Assembly: GCA_039621445.1 (NCBI GenBank)
Contig: CP154954.1
Location: forward strand, 43,627,847-43,691,846
Source: Euglena gracilis
Taxonomy: Eukaryota
Reading direction: 5' to 3'
Length of the DNA stretch: 64,000 nucleotides
The notes beneath the pieces were generated by a model. That model made no database searches, was not told the DNA's origin, and was given only the letters and a program-made list of their open reading frames with translations. Below, one piece after another: positions 24,444 through 34,076 of the stretch (positions within the stretch are counted from its first letter, which is position 1; every line of letters begins with the position of its first letter). The position numbers and the translations under genes are program-made.

Positions 24444-25604
24444 GGCTCCGAGCGGATTTCCGGTGGTCGCCGTCGTGGTGGTCGGGCCGACCATGGTCGG
24501 GCCGACCTGTGGTGGTGGTTGACCGACCTGTGGTGGTCGGGCCGACCAGGTCGGGCCGACCACCATTTTCCCGCAATACCCCCCCCCCCTTTTTGAACTT
24601 TTAAGCCCCCCCCCCCCCCTGGTCGGTGGCTAGTCGGTGGTCATAAAAATGGTCTGTGGCGGGCCCAAATCACCCGGAAATGCACTTTTGGCCAGTTCCC
24701 CCCCTCCAGGACCCTGTCCTGGAGGGGTCCTGGGGGGGTCCTGGGGGGGTGGCCGACCACCCACTCTAATGTACTAACGGGTCAGTACCGCCGACATTTA
24801 AGTCCCCCCCCATGAAGAAAATCCTATGCAAACGAGTCGGTGGCTAGTCGGTGGTCATAAAAATGGTCCGTGGCGGGCCCAAATCACCCGGAAATGGTCC
24901 AAATAAGTGTCTTACAACAACGTAAACACCCCCAGATGGAAATCTTTGGTCGGTGGGGGTCGGTGGGGCCTTGATGGGGGTCCGGAGGGGTAAAAAACCA
25001 ATGATGAAACAGGGATTACATGAAAATCCTTTAGAAATGCAAGCATTCTGCATCACGAGAGGCAGGAAACTCCTCCCTCCACCCCCATCCGAACCTCAAA
25101 TAACAAAATCCCTTCTAAGTTGGCAACATACTCGGGGGCTACGTTGTTTTTGTGGCTCACTTTGGCATTGGCGGGGGGGGGGGGCTCCCCCCCGCACCCC
25201 CCCCCCCTCAAATAACAAAATCCCCTCTACGTTGGTAACATACTTGAGTGCTAAGTCCTTTTTGTGCAAAATTTTGCCATTATATTGGAAATCCAATGGG
25301 GAAAGGTGTTCTTTTGCCAAAAGTGGCCCAAAATGGGCATTTTCCCCCCAAGTTTTTGCATATTCACCCCCGATTGGGGGGTTCTGGAGCCATTTAAGTG
25401 GGTTTTGACTGGGGTTGGGGTGATTTGGACAAAAGTTTTTTTCAGGGGGGGGGGGCTTAAATCTCCAGAAAGGGGGGGGGTAGTGCAAAAAAAATGGTGG
25501 TCGGGCCGACCAGGTCGGGCCGACCACCACAGGTCGACAAGGTCGGCCCGACCATGGTCGGGTCGACCACCACAAGGCCGACGACCGGAAATCCGCTCGG
25601 GGCT
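24444..25604. mobile_element. MULE (Mutator)-like non-autonomous element rich in GGTCGG(G/C)CCGACC palindromes
   Basis: TIR (G/A)GC(T/C)CCGAGCGGATTTCCGG; perfect 9-bp TSD gagcaaggt (24435-43, 25605-13). Related ends near 4060, 17140 and 19471. Confidence 0.8.
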
Positions 25605-28084
25605 GAGCAAGGTCGCGTGTATCCTGTCTGAGCTCCTGAGGGGGTTGGCAATGCCGGTGCACTGCCAGTTTTTTGGGGAGGTTCAATTCCAAATCCCTTT
25701 ATGAAAAAATAATGGAAAGAGGTATTTCAAGTGGCTTTTGGGCATATCACTTGTTTTTCTTGCTCCCCCCCAAGTTTTGCCCTCTGCTACATTTTTTGGT
25801 TATTTTATGAATGTTTTGAATTTTGTGCAGGTTGCAAATGAAACCCGTTCATCTTGCCGCCATTTGTGATCACAGGAGGCATACGTCATCATTTCCAGCC
25901 CCGGGTAGAATATTGGCCATGCTAGTTCTGGTGGTCGGGCCGACCTAGGTCGGCCCGACCATCTGTTGTCGACCTCTGGTGGTCGACAGAAATGGCCACT
26001 GTACCACAACACCCCCCAAAGGATTTTCAAAGGACTTTTGACTGTAGGTCGGTCCGACCTGGTCGGCCCGACCTGATGTTCCTGCCGACCATATGGTCGG
26101 CCCGACCAAATGTTAAATGTTGGTCAGGCCGACCATGTGGTCGGTAGAAACGACCTCTATAGTTTTCCATTTTGGAAGCATCCAAACCCTTGCCAAACCC
26201 TATGGAACATAAAGAAGGGCTGTTTTAGCATTTACCTATACCATGCCCCCCCTTGCTGTTCCCGTCCTGTGGCCCTCTTTTGGGTCTATGGGAACGAAAA
26301 TTAAGGGGGGGAACAGTGAGGGGGGGGAACGAGCTCCCCGCCCCTTACTGTTCCCATGGGCCATGGGCTGACCAACCAAGTTAGACCCAAAGGCCACCTA
26401 AAATCCCAAAAATGAAGTTTTTTGGTTCACATGCTTGAAAATTGCACCTCCACAACATCGATTGGCGTTGGTTTGGAGTTTGACGGGATTGAGAGCACCT
26501 AAAACCGACCCAAAAATTCCTTATTTCTCTCTTTATCCCAAGAATCTTTTACAAATAGTGCCATGACACTGTACTAAAACCGTGTATTGGGGCTCTGGCT
26601 TCACGCCCAAACCGGCGTTCTGGACGCCGGTTCAGCGCAGAAATTTTTGTGCCGAACCGGCGTTCTGGACGGGCGGGAAGATGGCTTCCAGGGGACCGAA
26701 AATAAAAACAAAAAACGTTCAAACTGGTTAGTAGACACGTGGCAATCACATCTGAGTAGCTTTTGGGGGGCATTTGGCCAGATATTGGGAGCAATAATCC
26801 GGCCAAATTTGGACCGAAATAGAAAAAGCAAATCTAACTGCAAAGCCCTTGAGAAGAGCTTTCGATGGGGCAACATGGCATAACGACTTTGCAAACTTGG
26901 GCGATATTTTCAGACCTGCAGTGCTGGGTTGGCACCAAATTTGGGAATTTCGATTTGGACAAACGCATGGGGCCATTTCCATTTTTTTGTCTTTTTTTGA
27001 AATTCTTTCATCACTGAAAATTTTTTTTTGCAAATTTAAAACATTTTTTCGAAATTTTTGCTTTTTTGTGTTTCTTTTTCTTTTTTTTTTTTTTTTTTTT
27101 TCGCATTTTTTTCTTTTTTTGCGCATTTTTTTATTTGGGAAGATGCGCATTTTTGCGCATTTTTTTGCGCATTTTTTCGATTTTTTTCGCGCATTTTTTT
27201 GCGTCTTGTTGTTTTGTGCTCTATTCTGCCCCTTTTTGAAAGAATTTTTTGCACATTTTTTGCGCTTTTTTCCATTTCCCCACCTTTTTTTACACTTTTT
27301 GGAGGCATTTTGTCCATATTCAAGAAAAAAACCTTTGGGTGATGAGGTGTGGGTGCTCATCCAATGATGATGAGGACACTAGGGTTTTCAGAGACCCCGC
27401 ATCGAATCCTTCTCCCCTGGTCACAAGTGCGGGGCACCATGGCTGACATTGTTGGTTATGGTGAACAGAGAGTGACGCCTTGCTCATGCATTTTTTTTGA
27501 CCAAAAATGCCTTCATTTCAGCTGTTTTTGGTGATTTTGGTTTAATTTTGGGCTCATTGTTGTAAATTTTTCTAAGTCCTTTTTCCCTTAGGAATGTACA
27601 AACTCAGCGCATTTTTTGCGCATTTTTTTTGCGCATTTTTGCGCATTTTTTCCGAGGGCCGCCCAGCGCATTCCCCCCCCTCCTGCACCTGAGGTGTGGG
27701 ATTTCGCAAATTAAGATGTCAAATTTTGGAATGCACGATCGCTGAAAATAAGCTGTGTGCATCATGGCTGAATCCTGTGGCCATCTGTCAAAAGCCCTGA
27801 GAAGAGCTTTCGATCGATGAGTAACATGGCACCAGACCTGTGAAAACTTCAATGGGCTGATCGACATGGCCATGCGCCCAAAGGAGCCCAAAAGGTGCTC
27901 CAAAATGTTCAGAAACTGGGTATTTGGGGCGAAATTGGCCGTGATTCTTTGAACGCCGGTTTTGGCGTGAAGCCAGAGAGAGCCCCTAATCCACGGTTTC
28001 AACAACTGTGTCCAGAACGCGGTTCGGGCGTGAAGCCGTGTTTCAGAACGCCAGTTCGGGTTTGGAGTTTGACGGGATTGAGAG

Positions 28085-28377
28085 CAGGCTTCTTTTTAAG
28101 TCACCTGATCCCCCCCCCCGGGGGGGGGGGGGGGGGGGTGGTTTGGGTCGGGGCGGTCCCCCCCCCCCCGGGGGGGGGGGGGGTCCCGCGCCGGAGGCGC
28201 TGGGTATACCTTTTCGGCGCGAAGCGCCGAAAATTTTTGAAAATTGCCTTTAACGGGCCCGATTTTGGGGGGTCCCCGCCCCCCCCCCCCCCCCCGGGGG
28301 GGGTCCCGCGCCACCCTGGGTGGGTGGGGGGGGACCCCCCCCCCTCCCCCCCCCCGGGGGTCTTAAAAAGAAGCCTG
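28085..28377. mobile_element. hAT-type MITE
   Basis: TIR CAGGCTTCTTTTTAAG; perfect 8-bp TSD attgagag; empty site at ~26488. Confidence 0.9.
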
Positions 28378-29226
28378 ATTGAGAGCACCTAAAACCGACC
28401 CAAAAATTCCTTATTTCTCTCTTTGTCCCAAGAATCCTTTACAAATAGTGCCATGACACTGTACTGAAACCGTGTATTGGGGCTCTGGCTTCACGCCCAA
28501 ACCGGCTTTCTGGACGCCGGTTCAGGCAAACCGGAGTCTGGGGGACCCAAAATAAAAAGTGCCAAAAAGTGTCCAAAAGGGTTTGTAGACATGTGGCAAT
28601 CATATCTGAGCAGTTTTTTGGGGGGTATTTGGCCAGAAATTGGGGTATTTTGTGGAACAGTTTCCATTTGGCCAAATTTGGGGAATTTCTGAAATAGAGT
28701 GCCATGCAGCACGGCTGAAATCAAAGGCCATCTGCTGAAAGTCTTTGAGAAGGGCTATCGATCAAGCGGCAACATGGCAGGTGGACGGTGGATTTTAGAA
28801 TTTGCGAAAAGGGTCGGAACATGCGATTGCTGATTTTCAGGGCGCTATGCAGTGTGGTCTGAGGGTACCAAGCGAAAGGTTGGGGAGAGCTTTCGATTGA
28901 TATGCTGCATGGCACCTGAGGTGTGGGATTTCACAAATTAAGATGTCAAATTTTGGAATACACGATCGCTGAAAATAAGCGCTGTGTGCATAATGGCTGA
29001 ATCCTGTGGCCATCTGTCAAAAGCCCTTGGGAAGAGCTTTCAATTGATGGGTAACATGGCATCAGACGCATGAAAACTTCAGTTGGCCAATCGACATGGC
29101 CATGAGCCCAAAGGAGCCCAAAAGGTGCTCAAAAATGTTCAGAAACTGGATATTTGGGGCGAAATTGGCCGTGATTCTTTGAACGCCGGTTCGGGCGTGA
29201 AGCCAGAGCCCCTAATCCACGGTTTC

Positions 29227-31057
29227 TATACAAAAATCGACCGACACTAACAGATTCAGCAGGGGCGCCGGGCGGCTCGCTTCGCTCGCTCGCGCCTAGC
29301 GCCCCTGTTGAATCTGTTAGTGTCGGTCGATTTTTCTAAAACCTATTTTGTCTGGGCCCGACGCCCCATGCTTTTGAAATGATAAAATGAATTGGGCTTT
29401 TGAAAGGGGATGAATGGAAAGAATTGCCGACAGTTTGGGGGAATCCGAAGGAAAGTTTGGGGGGAGTTGGCTGAATAAAGGAAATTGGATTTTTGGTTTT
29501 TGATTTTTTTTCTTTTTGTTGATGATCATTTTTGAAAGTGTTTTGAAATTTGGGTTGATTTTGAACAGAAGTTTTTGTTTGAAATTGATTTTTGAGATGA
29601 ATTTGGTGAAGACAGTTTGTGATTTTTTTGTGGATTTTGATTTTGTGATGGTTGTGGTTTTGAAAGGTTGTGATGATTGAAGGTTTGGATGAATTTTTTT
29701 GAATTTTTGAAATTGAATTGAAATTTTTTTTTGTTTTGAATGTGATGGTTTGTTGGGATGTTTGAAGGTTTTTGCGTTGAGTCGATGGGAAAGTTTTTTT
29801 TTTTTGAAGCTTGACGACGTTGAGATTTTGAAGTTGTGATTGAGTTGATTTTAAAATAAAATTGAGAAACAGATTGAGGAATGTTGTTTGCTTTTGATTG
29901 TTGTTTGTTTTTTTTTTTTTTTTTTATTTTGATTTTTGACGCCTGAAATTCATTCGACCGAACCGCCTGGACGGAAATATGGCCAAAAAAGTGGTTTTTG
30001 GCCCATTAACGGGCGCCTGAATGGAAATCGACTGACATAAACAGGCGCCTGAATGGAAATCGACCGACATAAACGGGCGCCTGAATGGAAATCGACCGAC
30101 ATAAACGGGCGCCTGAATGGAAATCGACTGACATAAACGGATTCCGATGTCATGGAAATCGACCAACCTTTTGTGTCCTTTTCTGAATGCTTTTTTGTTC
30201 CATTTTGGGACATTGTCAATTTCAGCCTGAAATCCGTTATGTCGACCAACCTTTTTTCTGATTTTTCTGAATGCTTTTTTCTTCCATTTTGACAGAATAG
30301 AATAATAACAATAGAAATTCCAATACAGGCGTCGAGCCCAGAAAACAGGTTTTAACAGTTCCACCCCTCACCAGAAAGCTTTTCTTTCAGACGACCAGCG
30401 ATGACAACTGAATCGGGCCAAAAAATTATAATCGAAAGTTCCGTCCTTCCGTCCGTTCCATCCAAAATTCAGCCAGCTGTGATCACCTGACCCCTCCCCC
30501 TCCCACCCCCTCCAAAAAAAAATCATCCAAATATGAAGGAAAATGATTCGAAACCCACCCAAATGCCTTCCAAAACCCCCAACCCGACCACCAATGGTCA
30601 GTGGCCATGGTCGCCAGTGACTAGTCGCTAGCGACCATGGTCGCTAGGGACCAGTCGCTAGCGACCACCAAAAAATCTATCACCAATTTCCCGCAATGAG
30701 CCGCAAAATTTGTTTTTTTGTCTGGTCCATAACGCCTCCAGAACCCCACAGGGCCAAAAATGTCGAAAAAAGGGAAATCCAAAATGTCCAAAAGTCACTA
30801 AAAATTCCCAATCTGACCAGCAACAGATTTCAATGGAATGGAAATCGACCGACATAAACGGGCGCCTGAATGGAAATTGACCGACATAAACGGGCGCCTG
30901 AATGGAAATTGACCGACATAAACGGGCGCCTGAATGGAGATCGACCGACATAAATGGGCGCCTGAATGGAAATCGACTGACACAAACAATTTCAGGCTGA
31001 AATCCGTTAATGTCAGTAGAATTTCAAGACAGGCGTCGGGCCCAGAAAATGGGTTTT
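29227..31057 (-). mobile_element. Family C element (terminal hairpin + asymmetric TIR + 32-bp tandem repeats), no TSD
   Basis: Hairpin 29232-29336; subTIR 29338-29365 / 31031-31057. Inserted precisely into ccacggtttc|aacaactgtgtcc (empty sites at 11475 and 27991). Confidence 0.85.
30008..30985. repeat. Two arrays (30008-30140, 30836-30985) of a 32-bp unit
   Basis: Unit aaacgggcgcctgaatggaaatcgaccgacat, about 4 copies per array, no spacers. Confidence 0.9.
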
Positions 31058-31771
31058 AACAACTGTGTCCAAAACGCCGCGCCGGTTTGGGCGTGAAACA
31101 AGAACGCCGGTTCGGCCGGTTCGTTCGGCCGCCCGAACCGGCGTTCTGGTTCTGGAACATTTCACGCCCGAACCAGCGTTCTGGACGCAGTTTTCGTATC
31201 AGTTCCCATCCCCCCTATGGGAACAGTAAGGGGGGGGGAACAGTAAAGGGGGGGGGCATGGTAAGCTGGGGCTACTTGGTGGCAATACGACGCATGGCCG
31301 TCCTTGCCTTGCTCACACAAGGGGATTTCTTTATTGGGGGGGCGGGGGCAGGGGCGGGAGCATCCCCGCCAGTCGAAGGCACCTTGCAAAAAAAATGCTT
31401 GCTGATGGCGGATGGATGCCTTGCTGATGGCTTTTTCCTGTTGCCAAAAAGATTTTCTGACGTTATTCGAAGGAGTAGGGTTAGGGTTACGATTCTTATC
31501 CAAACAGCAGAAAATTTCCCACTCAACGTTGTTAGATTGGTCTCTACAAGGCACCCAGCGAACCCAAAGAGCCGCCCAACAAGGGTTAAAAACATGGGCC
31601 CTCGCTCGGTGCTTTCTGCGCCTCGCTCGGGTTCCCCCATGTGTATTCCCCCCCGAGCGGCTCCGTGCGGATGATGACGATCCCCGAGGTGGTGCCGACC
31701 ATGGTCGGGCCGACCTCGGTCAGGCCGACCATTGGCTATGGCTTATCGACCATTGGAGGTCGTGCCGACCT

Positions 31772-32182
31772 CATAGTTGGCAGCTTGTTTTTTTTGGACG
31801 CTGTTTTTTTTTTTTTTTTTTTTCAATTTTAACAATGTTTTTTAAAAAAACCAAAAAAAAACCCAACAAGGTTTTGCTCGGAAAAAATTTTTGAATGCAT
31901 ATTTTCAATCATTTTTGGCAAGCTTTGGGTCATTTCTGCCAAGAATTTCCTTGCACAAAAAATGAAAAAAGTCATAAAGTTGCATTTTTTTGCATTTTTT
32001 TCTCATGTTTTTGACCATTTTTTGGCAATTTTTGAGCTTAGTAGGATTCGAAGTATGGTTTGGGTGTTTCATAACGAGTTTTTTCAATGAAATTTTCCTT
32101 TTGTTTTTTTTGATGTTTTTTTTGGCGTTTTTTCAAAAAAACACGTTGTTTTTTTTTTAAAGAACAAAAAAAGCCAACTATG
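31772..32182. mobile_element. Uninterrupted copy of the CATAGTTGGC hAT-like element
   Basis: Colinear with 2641-3585 minus the two TA MITEs. Confidence 0.8.
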
Positions 32183-34076
32183 GCCGTAGGAGGCTGTAGG
32201 AGGAGGGTTTATCCTTTTTTTGTCGGCCCAACCTCCAATCACGACATAATTTTCAGTGGCGGTCGCATAACGAACAAGTACCTCTTTTTGAAGCCCGAAA
32301 AATTTTGGGGGCTGCAGCCGGTGGTTCACAAACGTGATAAATTAGCCCCTACAAGGTACCAGCTGCCCCAAAGAGCCGCCCAACTAGGGTTAATACACAT
32401 GGGGGGGACCCTCGCTCGGCGCCTTCGGCGCCTCGCTCGGGTCCCCCCATGCTTTTAACCCCAGTTAGACGGCTCTTTGGATTCGCTGGGTGCTTTGTAG
32501 AGACCAATCTAACAACATTGAGCGGGAAATGTTCTGCTGTTTGCATAAGAATCGTAACCCTAACCCTACTCCTTCAAATAACGTCAGAAATTTCTTTTTG
32601 GCTATGGATTAACGCCACCAGGAACATGCTAAAATAGCCCTTTTTATGTTCCACAGGGTCTGGCAAGGGTTTGGATGCTTTTGAAAAGAAAAACCATTGA
32701 GGTCGTATCTACCGACCATATGGTCGGCCCGACCTCCAATGGGCTGTTACTGACCATGTGGTCGGTAACAAACAGGTCATGGTCGGCCCGACCTATAGTC
32801 AAAAGTCCTTTGATAATTTGAAAAAGGGGGGTAATGCGGTTCATTGGCTATGCTTATCGACCTCCAGTGGTCGGCCCGACCATGGTCGGCCCGACCTAGG
32901 TCGGCACCACCTCCGGGATCGTCATAGCCAATCATCCGCCCGGGGCCCCCCCTCACTGTCATAGCACTTTTTATAAAGAACTTCCCAAAAAATTGCTCAA
33001 AAATCGAAGTTTTTGGGACATTTTCAAAAATTACTTTTTGGCAAATGTGCTTAAAATCGACCATGGGGGTGGTTCGGGATGTGGGGGGGGGGAACCGGGG
33101 GGGACGGGGGGGGGGAACTCTGGCCCAACAACCTCCACACGTTTTCTTTGGCGTCACCTAAATTGTATGTAATTTTCCTTTGGTCGACCAAAAAATGTGC
33201 CCGGCCAAAATCCGGGACGCGGGGGGGACGGGGGGGGGACGCGGGGGGAACGCAGGGGGAACACCCCCCCATTTTTTGCGAACATCCAAAAAAGTTGCCA
33301 AAAATGACCCCTTTTGGGCGGTCCGAGGCTCGGGTATGGGAATAGCTCGGGGGGGACCAAGGTCCCCCCTCGAGCTGTTCCCCGGGGGGGCATGGTATCA
33401 CGTTTCTGAACAGCTGGCTGCAGCCCAACCCAAAAATTTCAGGGCTTCAAAAATACTTGTTACTATCTGGCCGAATCGCCACTGAAATTTTTCTAAGTCG
33501 GTTAATGAAGGAGTTGGGTTAGGGTCAGGGTTAGGGTTTGATTTGGCTGTTTTTCACCATTTTTTTTTTTTTGAATTTGGGATGTTTTTTTTGACGTTTT
33601 TCGGGATATTCGAATGTGTTTCCGTTCATTTTGAACTGAAATAAAAGAATCGAATTTTTGAGGGGGGGGGGCTGAAATTTCCAAAAAGGGGGGGTATTGC
33701 AGTACAGTGGTGGTCGGGCCGACCAGGTCGGCCCGACCACCATAGGTCGATAAGCCATGGCCAATGGGGGTGTCTCCCCTGCGTCCCCCCCGCGTTCCCC
33801 CCCCCCCCCCCCCCCCCGCGTCCCCCCCGGTTACGATTTCGGCCAGAAGTTAGGCCAAAGTGCTGCCCTAACTTTGGTCCCAAAGTTAGTCCAGAAGTTA
33901 GGCCTAAATTGTTACCCTAACCATACTCCTTCAATAACCCTAAGAATTCCGACTTAGAAAAATTTCGGTGGGGGTCGTTTAGCGAACAAGCACCGAAGAG
34001 AGAGAAGGAAAAAGAAAGGAGGAAGAACAAATGCAAGTTGTCCAAGGACCAATTGAAGCATTTGTTCTCCATCTTG

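Larger units (their letters stand above)
26576..31199 (+). mobile_element. Family B copies 2 (26576-28058, truncated) and 3 (28466-31199, complete hairpin, interrupted by C)
   Basis: Same subTIR as 9912. Complete terminal hairpin 31061-31191 (aactgtgtcca...tggacgcagtt), then TTCGTAT. Confidence 0.75.
26241..31261. mobile_element. TA-TSD CCATG element expanded to 5 kb by nested families B and C and a hAT MITE
   Basis: TIR CCATGCCCCCC..TT(G/A)CTGTTCCC with TA on both sides. Confidence 0.65.

Noticed and set aside
26746-27367. K-rich / F-rich long ORFs
   Set aside because: They arise from low-complexity tttgcgcattttt sequence inside family B.
30008-30985. 32-bp repeats as a CRISPR array
   Set aside because: Units are contiguous with no unique spacers, there are no cas genes, and the context is eukaryotic.
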